A stretch of 64,000 nucleotides of DNA. It comes from Tubulanus polymorphus. Taxonomy: Eukaryota; Animalia; Nemertea. Positions 25,738-41,340 of this stretch are shown here, piece after piece. Positions within the stretch are counted from its first letter, which is position 1. Each line of letters begins with the position of its first letter. A program made the translations under genes and the position numbers. Location: NCBI RefSeq assembly GCF_964204645.1, contig NC_134036.1:9031859-9095858 (forward strand). Direction: 5' to 3'. Under the pieces are notes generated by a model that saw nothing but the letters and a program-made list of their open reading frames with translations, did no database searches and was not told the DNA's origin.

Positions 25738-26479
25738 CGCGGTGTATCGTCGTTTTCTTCACGTCAAGAAATATGAATTCGGAACGATGCCGCACATGAG
25801 TTACGTTCTCTACATCTCACTACTATCAATTGCTTTGCATTGCTTTGTGAACGTTAAGCGTATAATTCTCTTCGCTCGACGTCTATTGGCACCCATTCCT
25901 AGTTTGTAATCACCCTCACACCTAGAGGTGTTATTTTATATGCCAATACTCATGCTCAGCAAAACAGCGTATTTCAAAAACAGCGCGCATTCATATAGAT
26001 ACGGTACTAAAGTTTGAAATACCATTCATCTGTATGCGCTCTGTACAGCTCATGAAAGCTTTGAGAAAACTTACAAATTCAAATTCGAGATGAGAGAATA
26101 CAGTGAGGGTCAGTCATAATCTATTGTCTCCTCCCCAGTAGAAAATCTAAATCTCATAAATACAAGGGAATATCACCATATCCCCTAAAAACCGCTTAAT
26201 TCTTAGTTGTAGGATTCTATACTGATAGGTTTTAACAGTAAACAAAATGATAAACTGGTTCGCAGTTTTCTAACGGTCCAAGCACCAAACTTGCATAATC
26301 AAGTATTACCGAAATGCATCTTTTCTTTGGTTCGTTTAATGGCCCCATGTTTCTGCAATGTTGGAGAGCCGTTTCCTTTTGTGGCGAATTATTCCATGTG
26401 CGGGGAATGGTAAATTTGAACATTGGCCCTAAAAAAAATTTGCGTTAGGGCCTTTGAGTCCAGGCTATGAATAAACTTA

Positions 26480-26740
26480 TGGTAGTGTAGTAGAAGCATC
26501 AGTTGCGAAAATTCACACAGATAGTCCATAATTTACGGGTGAAACCCTAGAGATATGTATGAATAATCCAGTTTACGATATAGTTATCGGCAACATAATT
26601 GGGGCTTGGAGGTTAGCTGAACCAAATCCAAATTGGGTTCCAAGTCAAGGGATTAATGGATGTGGATTGGCAGTTAAAAGATCTCAAACGAAAACAATGA
26701 ATTTAAAACCAATGAGGATGGCTCAAACATATATTAGCGA
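26480..26740 (+). pseudogene. Gypsy-like LTR retrotransposon protease-region remnant
   Basis: Translates as VAKIHTDSP*FTGE...CMNNPVYDIVIGNIIGA, the typical end of the aspartyl-protease region in invertebrate Gypsy polyproteins. Confidence 0.6.
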
Positions 26741-27117
26741 TTTGAATTTCTGCAGCGGATTTTCATACAGAAATATTCGCGAATTTCTCGTCCCAGTAAA
26801 ATATATAAAATGTAGAAATTTACCACAAAGTTGCAAACATGGAATTGTGTAAAAATATCAGAACAGAGAGACCATTGCATCATCGGCCGCCGTGAAACCT
26901 CATTTCATCAGATCTTAGGGATGGAATATCATATAAAATCCAATCAAAACTTATTTGAGATTTGATATGTCGGTCTTATAATTCTATCAGATTTTGCCAT
27001 CGTCAATGGTCCAGTCCAAGAAGTAAAGACGACGGGATAGGAAATTGACTGCAGAATACGAGTGGTATTGTGACTCGATGCTTTGAAACTAATGGAAGAA
27101 TAAGACTACTACTATAG

Positions 27118-28493
<1,376 letters not shown>

Positions 28494-29278
28494 TTCAGTT
28501 CGCACACAACGCACGGTCGCTAGTTGGTAATAACTGCGAAACAACGCTGCAGAAAGTCAAATGCGCCCCAATTCCGATTACTTGATATTCAAATATATGT
28601 ACTGCAGTTATTGACGTCTAACTGCCGTTTGGTAAACTCGATCAAATTCGTTATGTTTTGTTTACTGAATGTTTTCATCAAGCACTATAGTAAGTTGAAA
28701 CGTGAATTCGAAAAAAAAATTAATTCGTATTTGTGTATGTGTGTGATGTGAGAGAATAATAAGCAATAAAAAAGAAGAAAACCATCGATTTGTTGAAGAT
28801 GAATTTTGAGTCCGCGTAGTAATTTATGTAGCTGTAGGTATGTATGTAATTTACAGAATATCACAATGCACTGTATACATTGAATACCGGTTCTATGTGT
28901 TAAAATGTGAATAAATCCTTGAAATCAATAGTTATTTTTGACTGAATTTCTAAAGCGGATTTTCAGACCGAAATACTCACAAATTTCTCGTCCCCGTAAA
29001 ATTATATTATGTAAACATTTACTACATATTTACAAGCATGGAACTGAGTGCAAATGTCTAATAGGAAATCTCTCTGCTTCGGCAACACTGGTAACAACGA
29101 CGTTATAGTATTTGGAAGTGTAAATATTGCAAAAAATGTTACATGTGAGTTCGTGTTTGTTTCATTTCGTGTATCCGCAGTCATTGGACTATCATTTCGT
29201 GTATCCGCAGTAACTGGAAGTTGACTGTAATGATGTGTTATACATGATTCTTGAAAGTGACATAAGCAAAGAATATAT

Positions 29279-32200
29279 TTACGTATTGACTTTTAACGTA
29301 CCCGAGTTTATGCCTATATCGAACTTTATTCTTCCATACGGATCAATCGATGACACTTGCTCCGTTCTTTTCTCAAGTAAACGCTTCGCATCACAATTGA
29401 TTCGAACGTGCCAGAAGTGAATAATGAGTCGCAGCACGAACACGTGTTTTGCAGCACCCATCACGTCGAGAAAAAAATTTTCTTTTTTATCACAGAATTA
29501 ATCTGTTCTTGCGATTCGCTATTTAGCCAACCACGTAACTGGCGCACATGGTTCATCCGTCTCAAAATATCTTTATCGACGCTGGTGTCAGTTTCGTGAA
29601 AACGATTGAAATTACGTAGGTATCCGTTGTACGAGTGATTGGATGGCCACCTGTATTATTTACATAATCATGGTTGACAACTGTTCATATTTCAAGTGTC
29701 TTAAATAGGGTATATCAATGTCTAGTTTCTTTGTTTTTGGCCGCTGTGATATTTTCCTCGGTTGGTTCTAACAGACGGCCTTCGTTAGGATGAAACATAT
29801 TCGAAGTGCGTTGATTGCCGTGTTTTGCTACTATCCCAGCCAAGTCACTTATTACAACAGTCGGCTGGTGCTTCATGGAAAGTATCATGTGTACGTGATC
29901 CCTCGGCCCTTCTCCACGAAGTAACACCTTAATACCGTAGGCCACTCGATGTGGACATGTTACTGCAAGCCAACCACCTGACAATAAAAATAAAGTCATA
30001 TTATTCGAACGAACTTTATATTTAAGTTCGGAGAAACAACGAACATTGATCCTTACCTGATGCTCCCCATAGTTTAACTAACTTGTCACAGTACTATTGT
30101 TACCATAGACCTTGCTTTAAAGCATTTTAAGCATACTCGTTTTCGATCCGGTCTCTTTTATTCCGATGCTTCTGCATGCTTTCTGAATGTCTTGTACTGT
30201 AATAATAGCGCTTATTCCATCTTGCCATTGTAGGTAAGAATTATTTAGTCATAATCTAGGTCTGTTAACTCCTAACCACAGTGTCGTACATCAAATGTAA
30301 TATCTGTTCGGTGGTTATCGTCAATTCATTGTCTTCATCATTGTTGTCGTCTTGGACATGCAAACAGTTGTATTTTTTGTACTCTGTATTTACAGCGGTA
30401 TCACTGCGCTTCTACTTTTACGATCCATGGCGCCCAGTTACTAAAGTTTGGGGCTACTATCTTGTTCGCCATGCAACCTAAAATATGTACAAACGATTGC
30501 TGTAGCCACTATTTGAGATGAATGTGGCTACCTTCTAATGTTGAAAATGCTACCTTTGCTTGATTGATTGATTATATCAGTTTCCACTTGCGATTAAAAC
30601 GAATCAATATTTACATCATCCGTGCAGTCGTCTGTTGGCTCTAATTCTGAAGCTGCAGTAGAAAATAACGCGAATGAATGACGTCCGTTGGTAGAAACAA
30701 ACATATTTGTCTGATCTGCTAAAACTTGATTTATGCCTCACCATTGAGCCTGTTGGTTGAGTTTTATGTTCGATGTTTCCTCTATGATTGACACCAAACG
30801 ACCTACTGCTGTATGATTCTGAAATTATAAGACATGAAATTTCATGAACAATAGAATTAACAAAGTCATATTTGAACTTTACAGTGAGGTTGATACTTAC
30901 TATCAAACCAGCTCGTAACCACAGACATAAACGAGTCGACAACAACAAACTGTCGTCGAAGATATGAATTCCCTCATCGTGCTCCTGATATCGAAACCAA
31001 TGACCTCATTGACGACATTGCCGAACGTATACTTCAATATCTTAAAAAAACAGTGTCATTGAACATTATATGATTAGATAAGACAACATTTTAAATGCAT
31101 GATTTTCGACTCAATTAAATAAATCCATTAAATAATTCAATCAAAATAACTTATGTGAATGGCAATAATATCGACAATTTCCCCGCGAAACGTAAATCTG
31201 TGTTCGTGCAGTTCACATCCACATTTATGGCAACGATTTTTGCGAAGTCTAATCTGCGTGATTTGGCTTGGGGATTGTACATGTCCCGGGATAACCGGGA
31301 TTCGCTTGTAATTGCGTAAATAATGTGACAATTTGTCCAAAAGTTGACCCTGTGGCGGGTATGAATTGTCGATGGAATGGTCAGCGTCTTGGTGTCCAGA
31401 TTATTGGATTTCACGTCGGTGAATGCCAGATTTGATTGCAATGAAAACCACTTTGCAATAGACTTGTGGATACAGCCTTTCCTGATGAGCATTTACAATT
31501 TAATTGTAATGCTTTCCGATCGAACGAAATGACACATCTACCATGCCGACTCCATGATCGTATTTCTTCGCAAAATATTGACATATGGATAAAGCGTTCA
31601 CTTCTCATCCATACACTGATCAATGGAGCCTTTTTTGCAATGCCAACTGTGAACGCACTGGACAAGCATTTTTGCTATCTATTCCAATAATTTATCTATG
31701 TACAAGTGACTCTAAACTGTCGTTTTTTAACTGTGTATTTACATATGGAAGGGCGTGAGTACCACTTTTGACGTGTGGACTCTGGTATGCATTATTGCCA
31801 CCTCGTGCAGACGCTTCTGATGCCGAGATGCACGTGTCGTTTTCGCAACTGAACATTGCAGGCGGCGATGCCCTTGCAATCACATGGATGGGGTATCCCG
31901 CTCCGTGCATAGAATTCGCGATCAAAAATATTCCCCGATTGGGGTCGACACATATCCCGGGGTTGTGTCTGTTGGAATCAATAATTGCAGGTGAATGCTG
32001 TGCCATATGCTTCTTTATATTTTTTCTATACCTAATGGTAGCATTGCAATGTGTAAATTTCACATTGTCCCATTTAGGGTTCGGCATTTCATTGACGGAT
32101 ACGACTGTTCTAAGCGCGGATTCGGTACTTCGTTGGATACGACTGCTGCAGAGCGTGGGTTCGGCATTTCATTGATGGATACGACTGTTTCTAAGCGCGG

Positions 32201-32701
32201 ATTCGGTACTTCGTTGGATACGACTGCTGCAGAGCGTGGGTTCGGCATTTCATTGATGGATACGACTGTTTCTAAGCGCGGATTCGGTACTTCGTTGGAT
32301 ACGACTGCTGCAGAGCGCGGATTCGGTACTTCGTAGACGGATACGACGTCTGCAGAGCGCGGATTCGGTACTTCGTTGACGGATACGACTGCTGAAGAGC
32401 GCGGATTCGGTACTTCGTCGACGGATACGACTGCTGCAGAGCGCGGATTCGGTACTTCGTTGACGGATACGACTGTTTTATTACATACGACTAGATGTGT
32501 TTCGATATTTTCTCTCCGCGATATGATGGCCAAACACTCGGAGCAATGAAAATGGTCATGTCCACTTTGGTTTCGGCAACAAACATGATGGCATGCGAGT
32601 ATAAGTATATCTAGCAAAAGCAAAAAAAAACAGAAAAAGAATAAAAAGCAATAATAATACATCGCTTTCATCGTTGGTAGCCTTATATTCAAGAAATGCA
32701 T
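29279..32701 (-). pseudogene. KDZ/Zisupton-type (HMGXB3-like) transposase gene, multi-exon, degenerate
   Basis: N-terminal Cys/His fingers, SWIM-like CKC...CIH, CxxC, and a SAP-like VQDIQKACRSIGIKETGSKTSML. Catalytic region GASGGWLAVTCPH..YGIK.LLRGEGPRDH...HQPTVVISDLA, then RFHE...LR...LNSESQEQINS. Frameshifts present. Confidence 0.8.
32076..32476 (-). repeat. Coding minisatellite, 39/42-bp units (NEVPNPRSAAVVS-like), about 10 copies
   Basis: Repeats of GGATTCGGTACTTCGTT(GAC)GGATACGACTGCTGCAGAGCGC, with an alternating two-unit higher-order pattern in the left half. Confidence 0.9.
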
Positions 32702-33039
32702 AGTTCAGTTTACCTCTGTACAAAAACGCTGATTTTCTATGGCATAGTAGATGGTTCTTTAATCACGACTTTTTTGCTGGCTTAAAGACGGTAGTTGGAC
32801 GCGCTGGGCAGCTGTGTAGAGGTTGCTTCGGTAGCGACTCCAAATACGTATCAACAGACTTTATGATAGAGGCTTGCGGCTGCAGCGAGAATTACATTAT
32901 TCATAATATTAGATAAATTCAACTTATTGTCACTGATTATATCTTTAGTTTCAATTTATTATGTATTTTTTATGATATAATAATCATTTAGTCTTAGAAA
33001 ACAAAACAAATACTGCTAGAAAAATCGCAATCGCTCCTA

Positions 33040-34428
33040 AAATCACGCTGTCTTCTACATGGCGTTACAGGCCCCAAATGTTCTGCAGTCGCTATGGCGT
33101 GAAAGGACCCGAACGGTTTTCCGTACAAACAAATGAATAATTGTCACTCGTTATCGTAACTATTCAAAGATCTATCATTCTACATGGATTGTCAATCATT
33201 TAGACTTAGAAAAAAGGCAAATATTGTTTCAAAAAGCTCCTAAAATCACGCTGTCTTCTAGATGGCGTGTCAGGCCCCAAACGGTCTACAGAATAGCTTC
33301 AATTGAGACATGGCGTGAGAGGACCCGAACGTTTTCCGTACAAACAAATGAATAATTGTCACTAATTATCATGAATATTCAAAGATGTATCATTCTATAT
33401 GGTTTGTCAATCATTTAGACTTAGAAAAAGGCAAATATTGTTTCAAGAAGCTCCTAAAACCACGCTGTCGTCTACATGGCGTGTCAGGCCCCAAACGTTC
33501 TGCAGCCAATATGGCGTGTCAAGCTTCAGTTGAAACATGGCGTGAGAGGAACCGATCGGTTTTCCGTACAAACGAAGGAATAATTGTCACTAATTATCAT
33601 AAATATTCAAATATTTATCATTCTATATGGTTTGTCAATATTTAGACTTAGAAAAAAGGCAAATATTGTTTCAAGAAGCTCCTAAAAACCACGCTGTCGT
33701 CTACATGGCGTGTCAGGCCCCAAACGTTCTGCAGCCAATATGGCGTGTCAAGCTTCAATTGAAACATGGCGTGAGAAGACCTGGATTATTTTTCGTTCAA
33801 TCAGTAGTACAATAATCATTATGTCTTAGAAATAGGTTTATAAATCGTTGTTTCTATTTTGTTCATATTTAAAAATATACAAAAATTGCTTTGGTAATAA
33901 GTAAAGAATAAATAGAAATTCATTACACATTGATATACCGGTACTTGAAATTATCTCATTCAGGTTTTACACGTCGTATCTGACTAAATAACGTGGTCCG
34001 TTCGACGCGAACATATATCTTCGTTCCGCGTGAATCATATATAGTCTGCATTTTGCTCGGGGCTTGTGACGCCCTTTACGGATGAAACTCCATGGCTGAA
34101 ATACCCAATTCCTTTTCAGATCCAAGCTTCAGGGTCGAACTACACCCATAAAACTAATGACGACACCAGACGTATAATATTACAACGTACGTACATTTAT
34201 TAAAGTTATGTGGCTGGGACTGACTGTGGTCAGTAAACATATATTGTTATAGGTACAGTTTATAGGGGTATGTCAAGTATAAACACTGAATGATTCACAC
34301 TGAACAGACTGACTCAGTACACCATATAAACACTATACATACAATAACTATACAATAACTGGGTAACACAACTGGGTGACACGCCTTGTCAGATATGGCG
34401 TGACAAGCCCCAGGGCCTGTGACGCCAT
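33040..34428. repeat. Subterminal repeat region of the KDZ-like element
   Basis: About four 204-230 bp tandem units (starts ~33043, 33247, 33460, 33690) carrying ATGGCGTGTCAGGCCCC. The same motif recurs in both orientations at 34059-34073, 34397-34411 and ~34413-34428. Confidence 0.7.
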
Positions 34429-36058
34429 ATTTAGCTGATTCTTAAGATTGACTACACTCAATTTTTCAGTCGGCGACGGACGTTTATCGTTGTTAGTGAT
34501 GTAATATGTAAAAAATACAGGAAACCTATCCCAATTGGTTTTGTTCTACCGATCCATAGTACTGTAGCGTAATGGGGGAATGGGGGAATTATAAGCGGGC
34601 ACGCAACGTCCGCTACGGTGTCGTAGCGCGACACAAAGTCTCCTCAGGGAAGCGGGTTTGCACGCTTCCGGTCTCGTGATTCCTCGAGTATCTCGTGGTA
34701 GCATGAACGGCGAGGGGGAAAGTGGACGTTGCTTCATAAGTTCGCTGATGTCGAACGGACTCTAGGAAAAAGTTGAAATCAGAAGAGTGGTTGGAAATGC
34801 CTCGGAGAAACGGACCAAAGCCAAAGAACGAAATTCAGAGATGTACGTATATCTCGATATGTCCACGATAGTGGCTTTAATTAATATCTTAATGTAAATA
34901 ATGCAATTATAACTTTATGATGATTAGATTAACAATGATCAAATGAAATAGAGTGTTAATAACATACAGGGCTGGTGACACACAGTCAAAAGACACACGG
35001 TCTCGAGAGGACACACAGTCCCACAGCCTCAAAGTATGCCTGAACTTGCAAGATCTCCAATAAAACACGGAAATGAAGGATAATAAATCTTATTTCAATA
35101 CTATACACCGAGTCACGTTATCTGATGAAAAAGGAAGCCATTAACCGAGGAGACTCCTTGAAAGTTCGACTAATTCTACTAGTATCTACAATATATCTAC
35201 AGCGTGCGAAACGCGATCAATAGGATAAGATTTCGTCAAACATTTATACAAAGTGCCCTCGGACGGGACCGACGGCAAAACGCGATAATACGGGCGCGGG
35301 GAACTAATGATGTTCGACCACACGATTGGCTTCAATGTTTAATACACACAGTTAATAACGGCGCGCTCTGACGGAATCGAGGGCGAAAAGCGATAGGACG
35401 CTCTTATAATATACAACAATAAATTAGGCCAATCAAAACAGTAAATAGAAATAACAAGCGGGACCGGTTCAGGACACGGCGACTTGCCTTCCAACTCGTC
35501 GACCCATGCAATCTACTCCGGTCAGGTTGAGAGGGAAGACGAGAAGGACCGCGACACCGCCGGTCCTTCCCCTGTCTCGATAAAAAGGTAAAAGGGGAGA
35601 ATCGAATCTCCGCGCGTGAATCAGAATTAATACCCCCATTAACCAACAATTAAAAACGTTAATTAACGAGCCGGGAAACGAGCGCGCCGACCGGCCCGGC
35701 AACGTGCACCGCAACCGGCCCGGAGTCAAGAAATTCCAACAATAGATACCGGAGACTCCCCTCGCGAGCGAAACCTAGCGGGGGAAGCCCGATAAATGAT
35801 ACATTTTGGCCGCGAACACAGAAGGTAGAAAGTTTCTTTTGTCCAATGGCGTATAGCGCCGCCGCGGTCGAAAATCGAACTAATCTGTCAAGTCGATAAT
35901 TTTCTAAGTGAGAAGACGCCGCGTTCAGTTCGCGGTACACTGCTGTTCATCAAATTTGTTTTGAAGTTGAAGTTCACAGCGCGGCTCCCAGGAATTCCAG
36001 CGATAATTCCTCGTCGTCGTACAATTTAAGAAATTTAGAGGCAAAAAATTACCTACAG

Positions 36059-37961
36059 ATGATCCAACTTCCATTAATAAAGGAAAGGAAAGTTAAAGCT
36101 CAACCTGCTGTACAGACTTTAGGCTACTACGACGTTGAAAGAATTATTTCGAGAAAGACAGAGGGCCGAAAGGTAACGTTAAGTTAAGAAGCATAGCCAT
36201 ACATTCGTTTAGCCCCCAACGAGACGTAAAATAGCGCACTACGCTGGTATATTCGGCTAAATGTCTTATTTAGGCCTATGGAATTAAGGTATGAGTGAAG
36301 TCACCCGCCTGCGAGGATGCCCTGGTTCCAAATGAAAATATTCGTAATTTTTCATTTATTATGTTCTAATATCCAGAAAATGAGCATAACGCACAAAACT
36401 ATTAAGATACATTGATAAAACATTTTTAGATCAATATTTATTATGTAGATTGCCATTACGAGTTTGGATGGCACTGTTCATGTCTTAAAATTCACGGATT
36501 ATAATTCGGTATGTGGCTGCCCTGACAGCTAACCGAGCCGACGCTAGCGCCATCTATCAAACATAAATTGAAGCTGTTGCCCAATTTTACAACAAATACT
36601 GCCACAAATCATTGGAAAGGTCTGTTGTGTTTAGTGTCAATAGAATTTTCATAGGCCCTATATTTATTAAGATGCCAAGTCTCAGATTCGACTGGCAGTG
36701 TTTATTGTTTTTGAAAGATTTGGAGAACAGAAGTTACAACCTGTCCTAGAAGGGAGGACTAGCCTACTTGTTTTACACATTTCTTCAAACTTCAAAATTT
36801 TCATACTGAGAGGAAATCAAGGGTGATGTTGATTTGTAATTGACACATAATTCTTGAATTAAGTATAGAACTCCTATGAATAAATACAGTATATAATAGC
36901 ACATATTATTCGTATGCAGGCCTACTTGTCGGAGAAGGTTCTTCGGTTTGTTACTGTTGCCTATTTTGTGGCTGAAAATAATGAATAATGAAAAACCCTC
37001 ATCAACTTTGAGGTGACTGTTTAGTGATACCACACGTTCTGCAGGCCATAAAAAATTACTTGATTCTCATCAGTTGTGATCAACATATCGGAGAGGGAGG
37101 TTTATATTTTGTATGAAATAATATTGATTTATGATGATTTTATATCCGTCATATTCATCTAAAAACGACTCTGTCACAATAGCAAGGCCCATTGAGGTTG
37201 CGATTTTTTTTAAACCAAAACCGCTTGTCACTGAACAGAAGTGGGTCAATGTTTGCTGAACTGAACTAGCTTTCAATAATCATTAAATGTGAACTAATTT
37301 GAGTGCTATGTCTCACTATTATCTTAAGTGTTTACAATTCGGAGTGGGCGCTGATAAGAATCAAATAATTTATTTCATAAGATCTAAATGTCATCAAGAT
37401 GCTGAAGTACTGGTACAAACAAATTGTTGTATTTTTCAGGTTTTCTTTCTTGTCAAGTGGGAAACTTATAGTATAACTCATTGTTCCTGGGAGCCGTCTT
37501 CACATCTGCCACGTCATTTTATTGATAATTACGAGGAACCAAATATTGAACCCACACGAATTTCATTTTGGTCCGATCGTTTTTCTGAAGCTGTTAGAAG
37601 ATTAGTCCTAACTGAAGGAGTAGTAAGGGCAAACATCGAATTTCCGCTGGATATTTATCGTTATGTTTTTTACGGAAAGGGAACTCTTCTTAAAAATGGA
37701 TACTTGTCTCTTCAAAAACGCGACTTTGATAAGTTACAACTCGACGCTGCTTGGAATTATCGTATCAATAAACATGGGCAGGGACTCAGAATACTATTCC
37801 CTGTAGAATTAAAAGCAAAACTATGGTTTAGTCGAAGAATTTATTACGTAAATGAGAACAAAAATCTTGATTTTGGGAAGAATCACCCACTCGAGAAAAT
37901 AATCGTCCTATGTGTAACTATTGCGTGCGATACGGCGACATTGAATGATGAAAATTCGTAG
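36059..37961 (+). CDS. Two-exon chromodomain protein (~211 aa), probable accessory gene of the adjacent transposon
   Basis: Exon 1 36059-36172 (...GYYDVERIISRKTEGRK|GT) splices in phase 0 to exon 2 37440-37961 (AG|VFFLVKWETYSITHCSWEPSSHL...), reconstituting a canonical chromodomain. Confidence 0.85.
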
Positions 37962-38318
37962 TTTGTATTGAACTTAGTTGACTTTAATGTCAAGCTGTAG
38001 TGAGTGGTCATTTATTCAAGAATTTCATTTTAAGACTGCAGATTGGAACTGTATTTGTGTTTTTTTTTCATGAATATTTGACATCAGAACTTGTAGTTGT
38101 CTTTTTGCGATTGTTCGACTGCAGTTTGTGGTTTTGTAATTTTTCCTATCCTTTATTTGGACTTCACTTACCTCGGACCAATTTTGCCAGTCCCAGTTTG
38201 TCCGAGTTAGGCAAGGTTTAACTGCAGAACTGGTTTTGTATTTTTTGTACTTATTACACTACAGAACTGGAGTGTTAGTTATTTACTTCTGTTTACAATC
38301 ATATTTAGAACTTGCAAT

Positions 38319-40154
38319 ATGTCTCTTGGAGATATCGAATATAAGTACAAATTGAATTTAGTTACACGTAGTTTCAGTACATCTGCTGATGTTGTACTTA
38401 GCTTACAAATGGACTATGGTCTAATCAAAGAATTTCTAAACTTCAAGCAAAAAATATAAGATGCTAGCTATGTTTTATTATTGAATGTAGCCCTTCCAAA
38501 CTTTGTTCAGTTGCACCATACTGAACGTCTGAATCAAAGAATCAAAGAAATCTGTTCCTCTGTAAAAAACAAGTACCAGAACTTGTCCGGTAGAAGGTAC
38601 ATGGAACTGAATGCTAAAGTGTGGTCAATGGGCATATATGCCCATGAACTAGTTGATGTTGGGGGGCAAGTTCAGAATTGTAAAATTTTGACCTCTGAAA
38701 ACTGTGACCTACACAGAAGGATTGATCTACTTTTGAAATCAATCATTGAATATCAAAACAGTACCCACTCCTTGTCTACCAAATGTCAGGAACAGCAAAT
38801 AGAAATTGAAAGATTGAGCTCATCATTAAGTAATTATCTAGACAAGGTTTATAACAATCCTATCAAGACAAATAGTGGGAAATTATTTCATGATCTTAGT
38901 GATTGGCAACAAAAGCGTAGACTTCATTCGCTACATGGGGAAATTGAAAGGGCTCTATGGTTTATGGAAACATATGGCTTGGAAATTGACTCCTTGACTG
39001 TAACTATTGGAACTAACGAGCATAATATCAATTTCAAATCTGACAACAGCAGGAACATAGGTAGTTATGAGAAATTGTCAGACTCCGTGAAGGACAAATT
39101 GAAAAATATTTTGTATGTGCTAGACTCATTTTGTATCAGCGATGCTGCCTACCATGAATTGACCGTTCTTGATTCAGAATTACCAAAGAAGTCACTTATA
39201 GTTCAATGTAGGGAATCTCTGTCAGATATATATTCCATACATAGGGCTGTTGGGGGAATACCAGGAGCCTACATAAGTTTCCATGAGCAAGTAGCTCTTC
39301 TGGTTAAGAATGACCCTTCTCTTCAGTCTGCTGAGAAAATTGTCATAAAATTGCGTGGTGATGGAGCAAACATGAGTCGTGTTAGTAGTTTCCTAACTAT
39401 GTCACTTGCCATTCTGAAAGAAGGGGCAAACACAGGTGTACCTATTCCTATTGCAATTCTTAACCAGTCTGAATCGTATGATTCTATCAAGAATGGTCTC
39501 AAGCCACTCATTGAAGAAATCAATGAAATATTGATTCAAAAGAAAATGGCTATTAATGGTCTATCATATGAGGTTGAAATTGTATTAGGTGGCGATATGA
39601 AATTTTTACAACTGTTGTGTGGTTTAAAAGGCAGTACAGCCAATCAAAGTTGTCCATGGTGCAAAGTGCACAAAGACAACAGACATGAGTGTAATCATAA
39701 TTGGGATCATTTTCATCAAGATCCTCTTGTCAGAACCTATGATAATTTAGTGAATGATGCCCTTGAATCCAAAAACGGGGTAGACCATCTACATATATTA
39801 AAGATAGATCCAGGAAACATTGTTATTGATGAGCTTCATCTATTACTAAGAATATTTGATGTATTATTGCGTAATATCATCACTGATGTTAAGGATCTTG
39901 ATGACTTTGCCAGACTTGGCCAGCTAGATACTGCTAATCAACCACTAATAGGAGATAAACTACAAAATCTTTGTAAACTGATAAACTCATGTGGTGTGAC
40001 TTTCAGGATATGGGAAGTCAGAGATCCATTAACACATAAAGGTACTGGCAAACTTGATTGGACATCTGTTCAAGGACCCGATGTAAAAACCATTATGACA
40101 CTTCTACCTCAGATGTTACAGGGGTCAGATGTCATGCATGCACAGACAAAACAT
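38319..40154 (+). pseudogene. RAG1/Transib-related DDE transposase, 5' part (interrupted by the Chapaev-type insertion)
   Basis: Motifs IKLRGDG, GGDMKFL..CGL....CPWC and IDELHLLLRI. In-frame ATG at 38319 with a premature TAA at ~38457. Confidence 0.85.
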
Positions 40155-41340
40155 CACGACCGTACGCGAACACGCGAAAACGAGTAACGCTCGGCGACCC
40201 GCAACAATTGTATTGATTGGCGGGATTCGACCTCTCGCTAAAAATAGCTGAGCCGCTATCACGTGATCGAGCTAATGGTTAAAGGATAGCACGGAGGTTG
40301 TGGACGGGTTTCCTTATTGCTGGTTCAATGATGACGTATATCATCCCCTCGTGCCTTGGAAATAAACTTAGTTCCCATCTCAACTTCGTCAAGTTTTTAC
40401 TTTTTCGCTGAGTGATCTAGTTTTCGCGCTATACAGGCGCAAAAACTTGGGATATTCTGGATTTTTCCACGCATGCGGAAGCCGCTGGTAATAAACTAAT
40501 TTCTTCTCAGTGATCAAATATACAAAATAAAACGAAACATCTCGAAGAAGAAAATTTTCCCACGTTTAATTTGATATACGATACGTCTATATTACGATAA
40601 ATGTTGACTGACCACTTTTGCAATCCGCGTCCGGGATTTTCTACAAAAAGATGCCACTCGGATTAGGCCTCAGCCCACATGCTAAAAAGCGATGTTATCG
40701 TTTCAGAATATCCGGATAGTTATTATTTGAACTATCATATGACATGAAATTTGAGTCCATTAGGCCTAATAATGTAAATTTCAATACCAAAACAAAGTAG
40801 GTCCTGATGTGGATCGAGTAGGCCTAATACGCCCTTAGGTCTACCCCCGGCCCGGTACCAAATTAGCTGTTTAAATACTAATTATCATAGGCCTTCCTAA
40901 TCCAGCAGGCCGTAGGGTGGGTGGAATTAGGGGGGGGGGGGGGGGGGTGGTTGCTGATTTCATTTTAGTGGAACTTTTAACAAATGGGGGGGGGGTCTAG
41001 AAAACCCGCATACTGGTACTAGGAAGATCAGACTGCATTTAAAAATCAGATAAAATTCTCAGTTTGCAGTACATCAAATTCTTAGGTTGTTTTTTATACT
41101 GATGTTTAATTATATTCTAGATCGGAACGCACAGTGGTCCAGGTATCCCAAGTTGTTTTGATCGGCGACGTGAGCTGCTGAACCAGTGTAGGCCTATAAA
41201 ATCTTACGGGTAATGTAAGTGTAAGTTAAACCTTTATCTCTAAACCAAATAATTGAAATTATTTACTTTGCTTTATAACGGCTGATGATACTTCCAGGAA
41301 CGGAAATCAGCAGTATTGATCTAAATTATCTATGTTCACG

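Noticed and set aside
40929-40946. Poly-G tract as a functional G-quadruplex
   Set aside because: A simple homopolymer with no counterpart in the paralogous element B.
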